Shown in pieces: positions 1 to 12,264 of a DNA stretch of 64,000 nt. Location: contig NC_087436.1 of the NCBI RefSeq assembly GCF_036321535.1, positions 52,702,001 through 52,766,000 on the forward strand. Reading direction: 5' to 3'. The translations under genes and the position numbers were made by a program. This stretch comes from Camelus dromedarius. Taxonomy: Eukaryota. The notes below the pieces were generated by a model. That model worked only from the letters and a program-made list of their open reading frames with translations. It did not search any database and had not been told where the DNA came from. Numbering within the stretch: position 1 is the stretch's first letter; the number at the start of each line of letters is the position of its first letter.

Positions 1-2379
1 ACTGTCTGTGTTTTCTAGTCTCTTGTCCTGAAAGTGGATTCCTTTTATCAGGGCCCTTGTTGGCCAGCTTCTGGCCGGCTTAACTGAGACACAAAAGAGA
101 CAGAGCCCAGGACTTGCACCCCTGTGTCATGTCTGCTACTTCTTGAATCTGCAGTGAAAGAAAGCCATGCAGACAGAGGGAATGCAATTTGCCAATATGC
201 ATGCAGATTCCCTAAAGACACTATCTGCACTCATGCACTCCAGAAATGTCAAGCTCCTATTTTATACAAGAGACTGAACTGTGCTCTCTAGAATAAACAA
301 GGACACAGTTTCCACTTTCCAGGAGCACAGAGTCTAGGAGGAGAGAGAAGATGTGCACAAATTATCCTGGTAAGAATGATGAGGGAATGGCTGCAGTAGA
401 AACAGTACCAACAATAATGCTAGAGATGTGCAGAGGGAGAAAGAGACTTGGGTGTTTGGGAAAGGGTTCAAGTGAAGATGGCTTGTGAGTTGAGCCCTGA
501 AGGATGGGTATGATTTCCCAAGGTAGACATGAGGACTGTGGCTTTTACAGATGGAGAGCGAGATTCAAATGGAGGGAGAGAAAACCAGTAAGTCTATTCA
601 CAGCATACAGGTGACCAAAATAGCAGAAATAGGGACAGGACAGCAGTGGGAAGTGCAGCCACAGAGAAGGAAGAGAAAATGCTCCATAAGAGGAAGAAAG
701 TTATTAGATTCTTAGTCTTCTGTCTAAGCCCAGCTCACTCTAGACTCCCAAGGTGCTGTCAGGAAACCAGAACCGTTTTCAAAGACTGCATGACTAAGGA
801 AGATAGGTTTGTTCAACAAACAATAAAGTAGGCTATTTGAGAGCATAATCCCATAGAACAGGAAGAGCTGGCTGTCTTAGGGTACATCCCCTTTCAGCTG
901 TATTATTAGTTCAAGTTGGCTGATTTAAGAATCGGTGCCTCATTAGAAGTAAAAATGTAAACCAGAGCAAACAAAATTTACATGAAATGTTTTATTCAGC
1001 TGAGTTTTCCCTGAAATTCAAATTGGCTGGATAAAAACAAAAACAGTGGAAGATTGTCAACAAAGTCAAATTTTTGTAAGATCTCTGTATATTTCAGCCA
1101 TAATTTTGCAGCAAGCCTGGCAGTAGAATAAGGGACTATTTGTTTATATTCCATCAAAACTATTCCATCATCTAGAACAGAGATACTCTCTGAACAATAA
1201 GACTTCTAATAGGATTATTCTAAGAAATTTGGAGAATTGCTTGTATAATCATCTAGAAGAAAGTTTGTGATTAATGTGAAAGCAAAAGAAGATTTTCTGC
1301 CATAAACAAAGGTAATGATACAGAGTTTCCATTTATCAAGACTGCACTTACACAACTGTCCTGTTTTATGTCTCTGAAAATGGAACTCCAAAGAGACTAC
1401 TGAGGGCATCAGACATGCAGTTTCAAACTGCCCAGTGAGTAACGTGTGGGGCTGTTCTTTATGTTCATCACTCACTAACGAGTTCTTTGTTAATATGCCC
1501 TTCAGTTTGGGGAAGGGTTCAAGCCACATGGCGATTCTAGAATCGTCACCATGTAATATCAGTGAAGAGGTTTTCAATGGCAGACACTCCTTAATGGGAC
1601 CATCTATATGAAAAAAGGTAATCCTGTACAGCCCTGGTTCAACAAGACCTTGCTTTCCAAAGAGAAAGGGCAGAATCAAAGACACCCAAAGGGAGGAAAC
1701 AGGCAGCAGGGCTACATAGCAGGACTTTGCAAATGTTCCTCATTGTTCTGTGCTATGTGACTTAATGCAAGACTGAACCAACCACTTTCCTCAATAAATC
1801 TAGTTTAAACAGCTGCTTAGAAAGAAAAAGTAACTAGGTCAATGCACATTAAAAAGATGACCTAAATATTCTTCCTAATGATTTAATAAATGCTTGACTA
1901 GAAATAGGAAAAAAAAAAGATTTCAAGGGAAAAGATGAAGTAGCAGCTTATCATACTTCAGCAAATTTGCACTCTGAGGGAAAAATGTCCATCTTATCTT
2001 CTATAAAACTGCTTAGTCAAATATAAAATTACTATACAGCCAACCTAAGTATAGATTAGGAAAATAAATATTTTACAGTAAAGATGCCAGTTAAAATAAT
2101 CCCACATCTCCACCTGCCTTTAGAAAAAAAATAATAACTTATTTTTAAGGTGCTCTCACCATTCATCGTACACAGTGGCCTAAAATTACATAGGTCAGTA
2201 TGGAACAACAGAATGAGAAGGAATCTTTGTGACTTTAGGTAAGGACAGTACTGAAAAATGTAAAGTTCACTAATAATTCAACTGCCAAAAATTTTGTGAA
2301 TTTGGGAAGCCTGGGAAATCTGTTTTTTTTTTTTTTTTTGAAAGACAATATACACAACTAGCCAAGTCAACCACCAATG

Positions 2380-2480
2380 CTTGGGGCATTTATTGAACAC
2401 TTACTACTTCTCAGACATTGTTTGGACCATGTGGAGTCTGGTGACACAAAATTGAGTAAAACATGGTCCCTGTCTCACTA
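2380..2480 (-). mobile_element. LINE-2 3' end fragment
   Basis: gcatttattgaacacttacta...aaaacatggtccctgtctc is the reverse of the L2 terminal motif. Confidence 0.6.
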
Positions 2481-2579
2481 ACTCACTAAGTAAGAGTCTC
2501 ACTCACTAAGAAGCTCACTAACTGGAGGTGAGGGGAAGGAGCTAGGACACATAAACTGAAAAAATTTAAATACAATATG

Positions 2580-2678
2580 CCTTTCTTAGTGAAGTAAGCC
2601 AGAAAGAGAAAGAAAAATACCATATGATATCACTCATATGTGGAATCTAAAAAAAAAAAAAAGAAAAAAGAAAAAAAC
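2580..2678 (+). mobile_element. Very short L1 insertion (ORF2 end/3'UTR start) with A-tail and 10-bp TSD
   Basis: agtgaagtaagccagaaagagaaagaaaaataccatatgatatcactcatatgtggaatct(A)n; atacaatatg at 2570-2579 and 2679-2688; the same segment occurs inside the L1s at ~33712 and ~51600. Confidence 0.85.
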
Positions 2679-3084
2679 ATACAATATGGCAAGTGCTATA
2701 AAAAAAAAGTGTGGAGTAAGTGCTGGTAAGATCTAGATGTCAGGAAACACAATTCTGCTTCTTTTTTTTTTTTTTTTTCTCCTCTTTAAATCAAAACTTT
2801 TGAAATTTTTCTCTCATCCATCACCCCTCAAGGTAGACCTAACTGTTATCCTGGGTACTCTGAAAAACATCAACCAACAGGAAAAGCAGTCTTTTCATTT
2901 AAAAGGAGGAAGCTACCTCTCTGCAAGCCAGAGCATCCCACTTCTCAAGTAGGGATGCAAGAATATAATTTTTTTGCTAGCATTGTCTCAGCTTCCCACA
3001 CGGTGAGCAAGAAGGTCATATTCTTCCAAACGTCGTTTCCAAGAAGCAGGTCTTCAAGAAGCCTGCATCCGTCCCTTCACTAGA

Positions 3085-3270
3085 CCATAGGCAGGTGACT
3101 TAACTTCTCTGAGTCTCAGTTTCTCCATCTGTAACATGGTCAGAATTATAATCCCTATCTCACATAATTTAGCTGCTGCCAGAATTAAACGTGGCAGCAA
3201 TGCTTTTTTTTTTTTTAAATGGCAAATAAAGTGCCTGAAATCTTTAATAAATGCTCAATAAGTAGTCACT
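3085..3270 (+). mobile_element. MIR SINE
   Basis: MIR core gtgacttaacttctctgagtctcagtttctccatctgtaa and tail aaatgctcaataag. Confidence 0.8.
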
Positions 3271-4769
3271 CTGATTAAATAATTCAATTACTGAAGATTG
3301 TGCCTATTGTGATATGCATGACTTCCAAAAGGCATATTTACAGTTACGGGACAGGCAGGGTGATGGATTTCCATTTGGATTTGGGGCATATATTTTGCTT
3401 CATGTACAGTGTCTTGAATGCTACATTGCCAAAATTAGGTTTTAAAATGTACCAAAATTTCAAAAAATTGCCTTATTGCACCCTAGTAATTGGTCCTTTA
3501 AGTTAAGACATAATTTCCTCTTTAAACATTTGTGGCAAAGCTTAACAATGCAAAGATAAATAAGATAGACACAGCTGTAGGACAGAATAGTCATGATACT
3601 GGTAATGCACAACATCCAGGAGGAACGGGAGAAGATAATTTGAGCAGAAGGTTTTTAAATGGGGAGGGTTCACTGAAACGTGACTTTACTGACTTCATAA
3701 TTTTGGTAAGGGTCAGATAATCATGAGCAACTCCGAACGGGGGTTCCAGACTGATGAAGTCTTTCAACTGGACAAGGATTTTCAAGTGAAAAACTTCAGT
3801 ACAAATTAGAAAAGTATTATGAAGAAAATCTTGCCCTTCCAAAAGAGTGCCATAACCTTGCCAATGTGCTGTCCCATATTTTAGAACTGAGAAGAGGGTT
3901 GAAAGAATTTAGCTGTCGGTGATCTATAGTCTTAACACATCTGGCTCTTAACAGCTGTAAGCAATCCTGCAAAGACCGGCTTGTGATCACTGAATACACA
4001 CTTACCCTATAGCTTCCAGAGCACTTTTTCTCAGCCTCCCATCCTGACTGCTTTGCACTTACTCCTTCTAGCTCTGGGAATGCCCCCACCCTCTCCCCTC
4101 AATCTCCCCTTTCTGCCTGTTTCAACTATACTCATCCAGGAAGACTGATTCAAATGCCATCCTCTCCAGGGAGCCTCCTTAGTGCCTTCCGTTGTGGTTT
4201 CCTTTTCTTGGTCCTCAGTATTTTTATATTTGATTTTTGTCTTGATCACACCAAACTACACACTAGGAAGAACTATAACCCAAGTTTCAGGACTCTGCCT
4301 TCCACATCTTTGTACACAGTGCACTGCCCTTTACAGGTATTTTGAAATCTCTCTGAACCGAGTGACTAAATGAAGGATACATGGCTTAAAGTTACGAAAT
4401 GCGCTATTTATGACTTCACAGCAAGAGCGATAGCAGATTCTGTGCTGGCCAAATAGCCATCTTTTTTTTTTTTTTTTTTTTTTTTGGAAAGCTGCCTTCA
4501 TTCCCTATCAGTAACAATGTGGAGGCCTCAAGAAATGATTGAACCATAACCCAACTCCTGGCCTTCCAGATGACCTACATTTTAAGCTTAAGACCAGTGA
4601 AACAATTAATAAATGGGATTGGCAAAACTCTTTTAAAAACATGCTCCAGGGTTCAGCCTTCTTCAGAACAAAATTTTCTGGGTGCGCTCAGGATTATTGG
4701 ACTCATCACTGCATTTGGAGCTCCTTTTACCGAACGTTAGCATCTGGAAGGAAAATAGCAAAATGATCG

Positions 4770-5090
4770 TTTCCTCCCTGCCCCACCTCTGCACTCAGTG
4801 TCACTTAATCAGTGAGGTCTTCCCACCCTCCGCCAGCCAACACAACACACCGCCAGCTGTACCTTCACCACCTTACCTCCTCCTCCTTCTTTTTTTTTTT
4901 TTACAAAGTGCTTAGCACTTTTTAACATATATCTTTTATCCTTTATTTATTGTTTATTGTCTGCCTTCTTTGCTAGAATGTAACCTCCACAAGAAGTCTT
5001 TGTTTTGTTCACTGATGTATCCAAAGAATCTATAACAATGCCTTGCACACAGCAGACCCTCAATAAATTCACTGGAGAGATGAACAAATC
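4770..5090 (+). mobile_element. LINE-2 3' end
   Basis: ctagaatgtaacctcca...ttttgttcactgatgtatcc...cacacagcagaccctcaataaa. Confidence 0.8.
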
Positions 5091-5213
5091 AGTGATCAAA
5101 GGAGTACCTCCTAACAAGTATTTCTCTGCTGATGAGATAGGCAAAGGGCCAGAAGTGGAAGTCCTGGAGCCATAACATAGGAAGATTGAAGAGATTTAGC
5201 ATGCTAAGGGAAA

Positions 5214-5466
5214 AAGGGAATATATATATATACACATATATATATGGAATATATATATATGTATATTCTATTATATATACACACTATATTTGCTGATAGA
5301 GTATTATATATATTATATACATATAATATGTAATGTATATAAAGGAATATACGTACACACACATATACATATAAAGGACTATGTATATAATGTATATAAA
5401 TATATATACACACATGTAAAGGAATATATACACACACACATGTAAAGGAATATATACACACACGCA
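5214..5466. repeat. Compound (TA)n/(CA)n repeat with recurring AAAGGAATATATACACAC unit
   Basis: Directly visible. Confidence 0.9.
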
Positions 5467-5686
5467 ATACATTTACAGGTAGAATCTCAGTTAGGTAAGG
5501 AATGAGGGGGGAAACTCTAATGTAAAACCTCAGCTATGCCCACCATGTCTGGGAGGGTCGGTAGGTACAGTAAGTAGGTACCAGAAAGAAAACAACCTAC
5601 TATGAGCAGCTGGTCGTGCACAGGTATGCAGAGGATACTGCAAAACATTACTCTTCCCTTGGAGTTCCTTCTTGGTTGGTTAAGAG

Positions 5687-5906
5687 CAGGTTTCTCCACC
5701 ACAGCGCTATTGACATTTTGGGTTAGCTGAGTCTCTGTTGCGGGGGGTTGTCCCATATGTCATAGGGTGGCTAGCAGCAGCTGGCTTTACTCATTAGACA
5801 CCAGTATCACCTAACTCCACGTGGGTGTAGTCAAACATGATTCCAGAAAAGGCCGAATGTTTGCCAAGCGAAAGTGGGGTGGAACTGTCCCTGTTGAAAA
5901 GCACTG
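5687..5906 (-). mobile_element. MER20 (hAT-Charlie) near full length
   Basis: Ends cagg...cactg; internal ctattgacattttggg; 8-bp TSD gttaagag (5679-5686) / gtttagag (5907-5914). Confidence 0.85.
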
Positions 5907-7684
5907 GTTTAGAGTCTGTCTAGGGTGAGTCTTATAGTCCTTTCCTCTCTCACCTCCTTTCCTCTTCTTTCCTCCCTCCTTATTCTACATCAGTATTTTC
6001 AACCCCTCTGATGTTCCCCCAAGGTCCCAGCTCCATCCTGGAGATTTCTCAAGTTCACAATGGCCACCATTCCTGGCTTTGTCCTGAAAACCTGGTGATC
6101 TTTACTGGCCATTGCAGGAGTAAGTTGAGATCAGTCACTCTTCATGACCATGCATCTACAAAAAGCAAATGTAAAGAAAGGAAATAAGTTCATCTTACTA
6201 ATATTGTTCACTTTTCACAGCATAATTTCGGGGCACTATTAGAAAAAAGCACCATTAGACCTCCATCCCAGGGAACAGAAGGAAAGAAGAGGAAAAAAGA
6301 ACAGAGAACCTCCTTTGCTACACTACCACTCTTGCACCCTGTTTAATCTCAGAAGTGGAGAAAAATGGGGCTCCCAATGATGAGCACCCAAACACTATAA
6401 AATCCTTTCAATAACAGATTTAAATCAAACCAACTTTCACTTCTGATAACTCTGAGAAAGAGACTAAAATCTATATCCTCAGCTAGTGATATGGGAGTTA
6501 TTTCTGTTTTTTCAATTCAGTCTTAAGCATCAAAACCTTTACCAGGGTCCAGCAGAAGCAAGAAGGGTAGAGAGAGGTTCTAAGAAATAGTTCAGCCTTC
6601 TTGATTCGTGCCTAAAAGAATGTTTTTAAAAAGGCTGCTTTAGCCTTTAAATAGTTTTGCAAGTCACATTTCATGACAACACCGTCTAGAAAAATGCACT
6701 GTGAGCCCAAAGCACCAACACGGAATCAAAACATCCACTATAAATATCATGGTGAATCAGATTCCACTAGGGAGAAATAAACTTCCAAGGAGCAAGTCTG
6801 AGATTTTCCAGGAAGCTTTGGTTCTTTCAGGGCATTATAGGGATCATTTAAAGTGCAAAAATTTATGAGCTCTCTAAACACACAGCTACCCAGGTGCACA
6901 CCCACAGCTCAATTAAACCGGGAGCTCATTTTTCTGAAATCACAGCAAGGATATAGAAAGCAAAGACAGGAGGTTGATCTAAATTGGACACTGTTTCCCC
7001 TATAGCTTTAAAAACCTTGTACTTTTTTCCCCCTTATATCTAGCTTTCCATATCTCCAGGCTATTGACTTACAGATTTCTTTTTGGCTTTGAAAGTGCTG
7101 TAAGTAAGAAGATGCCAGTCTCCCTTAAGCCACACCCTCCAACAGACCAGCTGAAGTTGTTTTCAATTGCAGTTAGCCCCAAGAATGTTTGGCTTTTAAT
7201 CTCCACTACCCCTTCTGTTTTCAGACTCCAGTGGCCCAAAAGAAAGAAGGCAGAGGAAATAGAATGGGAAAAGGAGAGAAATCAAAAGCACTGGCATCAG
7301 CATTTCAGAGCATCCACTGGGTGCTGTTAAGTGAAAAAGGAGAATGCTTATTTATGGGGAAAATAAGATTAAAAAACTAAACACAGTAGCTTTTTTTAAA
7401 ATAAAGGAATGCATGCTAAACATAAACATACTGAAACTATTTTCCTAAAAGCTGATGAGATGTAAAGTAGAATAACTTTGGAGTAAGGTAGTCACGTGCA
7501 TTTTCTTCCAGGAAGTGAATTTGAGTTAGATTCAAAAGGAAACCAGAGATGTAGCTTATGAGGAGGAATGGGAGGGAATAAGCTTTAAAAAATTATCTTT
7601 ATAATAGGACATATAAAGTTTTTAATAAATATTTAAAGCTATTGATCTTTATTGAAATAAAATGCATCAGATCAATTATATTAA

Positions 7685-7790
7685 AACTTGGGTTCTGGTT
7701 CTGATTCTGCCAGGAATCAATCTCTGTGACCTTATAAATACTTCCCTTCCCTTTATCTCTGTTTCCTGGTTTTTTTAAGTTAGGGAATCA
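7685..7790 (+). mobile_element. MIR fragment
   Basis: ttgggttctggttctgattctgcc...ctgtgacctt...tctctgtttcct. Confidence 0.55.
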
Positions 7791-10629
7791 GACTAGATTA
7801 TACCTTAAAGGCTACTAAGATGAACAGATAAAATCTGTATAGTTTCTGGGACTCTTCTAGTCCTGAAGACTTACTTGGAATACACGTAAAAGTAATACAT
7901 TTTTTTCTTTTATTCTTTATTTTGAAAACATCCCAATTGCTTAAGTTATAGTGCTTAAGACTGTCTTGAAGGAAAAAAAGAAACATAAACATATCCACAA
8001 AATGAATTCTAGGTATGTGTGGAATAGGCAATTATGGAAAGAATGTGGAATAAATGGCCTGTAAAGGCCCTTCCCACTCATCTGTTGAAATGTTCTAATT
8101 TTCTACCTTTTTAACTAGACTGAGATATTATATTATTCAAGAAAGAGAAAAATATAAGCAAGCTAATGTATTAAGAGGAATTACAGAATATCCCACGGGT
8201 ATTGGCATCCATTATTGCCTAAAAATAAGAGCACTTAGCAATTGGAGCTGAGCCAGGTAGCTTCTGAAGGGAGATTAAAGCACATGAGAAAGGCCTGGAA
8301 TATGAGGCACTGGAGAGGAGGACGAACTTGACCTACAATGAGGAAGCCAGGGCTTCCAGGCTAAGCATCTTGGAAAGCCCACCAGTGCCACGGGAGCTGG
8401 GTGGGAATGAGTGACAGGGGTCAGGTTGTGTGGATAAGAAGGCTAGAAGGTCACTAAGGATACAACTCCCTACTGTACAGTTTTACCAAGGGCTGTCCTT
8501 GTCCAGGTACAAAGTATTTGTTTGAGAATGTTGCTGTATGCAAAGAGATCTCTGGCCAGGTCTCTTTATCCTCAAATGAACAAGCACCAGCCAACAGTGC
8601 TGGCAAACTCTTCTGCTTCCCATGCACTTCCAGGAACGTGTGAGGAGCCCACCCGTGCTCTGTCAGACCCAAGCTCCCCTGCCAGAAGAGGAGCTGAAGT
8701 CCAAGGGGACTGACCTACTCCTACCAATTTAATTTCTAGAAAAGCTCTAATTATCAAGGGCTGGATTTCTTCCAGAAATAAGGCAAATTGGTGACTTAGT
8801 CGCTGAGTCGGCTAGTCCTGTTAGACTGTCAATCATTGATTTTTTTTTTTTTTGGCTTTTTACTTTTAATGTTTTAAATGGCAGCTCTGGTGTATGAGGG
8901 AATGCATGTGTCAGCTCAGTTAGTATCATGCTGCCTTGACTTCCGTGGCCCCTTCACAAGCCCTGGAACTAAATGAAAGTCTAATGCATACAAGGAGGTT
9001 CCTTCTTCTTCTCCTTGCCCAAAGTGAAGTCACTTTATAGAATTACATAAAGTACAATTTCTCCTTTTTTCCAGATTTAAGGGGGTTGATAATAAAATGG
9101 GACTGCAGATTTTTTTCTTAACCCTGAGTCAGCAAAACCAGAAATTAGAATTTATTACATTCCTAGTACAAAGGTCAGGGCTCCAGAGCAGGGACTCAAG
9201 CCAAAACAAAGACAAGAATTCCATTTCCTTCCAGAGGGGCCTACTGCAATAATTCTTTGAAGTAATCTAAAGAAGCTTTCATCCCATGAAAAATCTCCAA
9301 CTGAAGCATGTTTATTTTTTAAAAGGTAGATATACAAAGACAAATTCATCTCCTAAGCCACATTTTATAAGCAATGAATATTCTAAAATGTTACTGAGAG
9401 GAAGTAGCACCACCCAAATCTAATAATCATGCAGCTCATGCAGATCTATACAATTTCTGATCTGCTGCTGCTGCAAAGCAAGGAGAAGTTTGGAGTTTAG
9501 GCCATTCTGCTGGTCAACAAATGTTCCCAGGTTCCACTCAGAAAAATGTTGAGCTATGAGCCTGAAAATATGTGGATGCAGAAATCATTTCTGAGCAAGC
9601 TCCTCCTAAATAAGGAGTTCTAATTCTTTGCCTGCCTGTCGAGAGTTCACAGCTGAGCCACCACTGAAGAGACATGTGCTTGCTCTGTTTTCCCTACAGC
9701 GGTCAAATACTGGTATTGAGCAACTCTGCTGTCTTTCTTGGCTCCTTTGGTGTAAGATGGTTGGCTAGCGTTAAGAACATAGCTTCCTGCAGCCACTGGT
9801 TCATGCCTGAGTTAAAGGGGAGCCTCCCAAGACCACCACACTTCATGCCAACTGATTATCCACATTAATATACTCAACAGATGCCATTTACATGCACAAA
9901 ACTCCTCCTTACACAATGGATGCATGCTAAAAACATCTCTCCTTCCTCTCCCACTCATAAAGAAGAGTTGTAATGTAACAGTTATGCAGAAGAAAAAATT
10001 TAAATCTGACCTTATTTGTTTAAATCAAAACATTCACAAAATGTAATACTTTATATTTTGTAACAAATCATTTGTGATATACTCTTGCAGTAGAATATGA
10101 CACTTCATTGTGTCATGGCAGCATATAAAGTAATAATTCTTAGTGAATTATTCTGACTCAAAGACAAAAATAAAGTAAATATATTTCAGTAAAAAAAAAA
10201 ACTATAGACAATGAACATAGTTTGTCAGGAAGCTGTAAATTCACATGTCACCTTTCCCTGATTATTTTGCTTAGGGGGTGGAAAAACTCTCAAGCAAAAT
10301 AATTTTCCACTAGACTATAGTCTTTGTCATGTTTACGTCATGTTGGCTGAATCAGGACCATGTTCTTCACTACACCATGGAAGATGAAAGAGCTCAAGGT
10401 AGAAGCTTAAATTGTGGGAGAAAACTGCCAAAGTTTACGTGATATTCAATTTGCTCCTTTATTTACATGGCTTACAAGACCCTTCCTCAGAGCCGAGTCC
10501 CTACCTCCATCCTTTCCAGTCTCACTCTTGACACCACTTATCCTCCCACTTCCCCCAACCAACAACCTCCCTCCATCAGTGTTATGCACTCCAGTTATTC
10601 TGAACGTCTTTCCTGCAACCTGTCATTCA

Positions 10630-10830
10630 GAGAGTAACACTATTTAATCCTAGCTCTGCCACTTACTACCTGTGTAACCTAAGACAAGTTTCTAAACTCT
10701 ATGTCCCGCATTCCTCATCCTCACTCCCAGATTAGGAACAACACCACCCCATTCATAGGGTCATTGTAAAGATCAAAAGAAACTGTTCATGTGGACTTAG
10801 CTGGTGCCCACTAAATATTGGTTATTATTC
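10630..10830 (+). mobile_element. MIR SINE
   Basis: aatcctagctctgccacttactacctgtgtaacctaagacaagtttctaaactct. Confidence 0.8.
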
Positions 10831-10859
10831 ATAGTATTGATTCCTCTGCCCGTAACACT

Positions 10860-11187
10860 TATTGCATGCCTCACTTCCTTTCATATGCTTAGTGCCTAGA
10901 TATCTTTCAGATATCAGTTTAAACAGGAGATCTTCCCAGAATAACTGCATTCCTGTCTAGGTTAATATTCCTCCTGCTTTACTGTGTCCCTTATCAAAGG
11001 ACTTTCTAGAGCCTTCTGCTATTTCCTATGTACTGTCTGTATTCTCCCTCTAAACTGTCAGCTCCACAAGGCCAGATTCTGTATTCATTCTGCTCCTCAT
11101 CTTATTCCCATCCCTCACCAAGCACTTGGTACATAGTAGGCCCTCAAAATACATTATTTGAAGGAATGAAAGAATGAATGAATGAAA
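10860..11187 (+). mobile_element. LINE-2 3' end
   Basis: cacttggtacatagtaggccctcaaaa...gaatgaatgaatgaa tail. Confidence 0.75.
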
Positions 11188-11979
11188 GTTGACTGGCAAG
11201 GGAAAGTCACATCTGCTTGAATTTAAATTGTATTCCTGGCTTTATGGTTACTTCTGCATGTTTAATTGGTTAACCATAGGCATCACTTCTCTTCTACCCT
11301 CCAAAACTATTGCTGCTGGAAGAAATAGAATTATAGCAGTTGTTCAACTAGAAAGAAGTGGAAAATTTATTTATAATAGAAGCCACGAGAATTGTAAACG
11401 CTTCCTTGAGCTTTTCCCTTTGTAAACCTCAGCAGATAAGGCGGCTTCTGGACCCCAGGATCTGGACCAGATGCACTGTAGCTTACTGCACTAACTTGCT
11501 GTTTGCTTTACCAAAGTATATATAGCTGGTTTTACTTACAAAAAGAAAAAGAGAGAGAGAGAGACAGAGAAAATTAGGAAATAGCCAAGGGATTATATAA
11601 CATATATAACATTGAATTTTTAATTTAAATTTATTTAATCTGTAAAAGCTAAGTAAAATATCATTTTACTTTTTACTAGAATCTCTTTTTCTCATGCTAA
11701 GGCTAAATGTATCTAACTTTTCTCAAAATTTTAGTTCACTCAATTCACATTCTAAGGTTATTTATGGAAATACTAACTCCACATTGTAAATCATTCTTTT
11801 TGCAATTATCTAGTTCTGTTACAATACTATGGTTTTTAATACCCATTAAGATGTGTCTGAAGTGCTTTCCTGTTCATTTTATGAAGTCTGCACAAATATA
11901 TAGTAAGTTATTATATGTATAATGCTCACAATCGTATGATGAATAATAAATAATGGCATTCATTAAATCATGGGGATTC

Positions 11980-12260
11980 ATGCATTTATTCAGCCAATAT
12001 TTATTAAATACCTAGTAGGTATCAGGCACCGTGCCAAGCAGTAGGCATATGATGGTGAACTTCACAGACATGGGCCTGGCCTCTTAGAAGAGGATGCTGG
12101 CATTAAAGAAATAAACCTCGAATAAATGTATAATTATAAATTATGATAAAATCTATAAAGAAAAAAAAGACACTAACAGAGTTAATAACAGAGGGGACCT
12201 ACTTTAGACTCGTGTGTTAGGAAAGTCTTGTCCAAGGATGTGATATTTAAAATAAAACTA
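11980..12260 (-). mobile_element. LINE-2 3' end
   Basis: catttattcagccaatatttattaaatacctagtaggtatcaggcaccgtgccaagc. Confidence 0.75.
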
Positions 12261-12264
12261 AAAG

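Noticed and set aside
1215..1685. Longest ORF in the track (156 aa, minus strand)
   Set aside because: GTG start, no recognisable domain or exon structure; one ORF of this length is plausible by chance in 64 kb. A BLASTP or PhyloCSF check would settle it.
2474..2522. Repeated CTCACTAA units
   Set aside because: Short local slippage inside an L2 remnant; not a spacer array
4295..4805. LPHLCTQC peptide appearing in two ORFs (~4300 and ~4780)
   Set aside because: Nucleotide similarity is short and weak, in L2-like decayed sequence; probably coincidence
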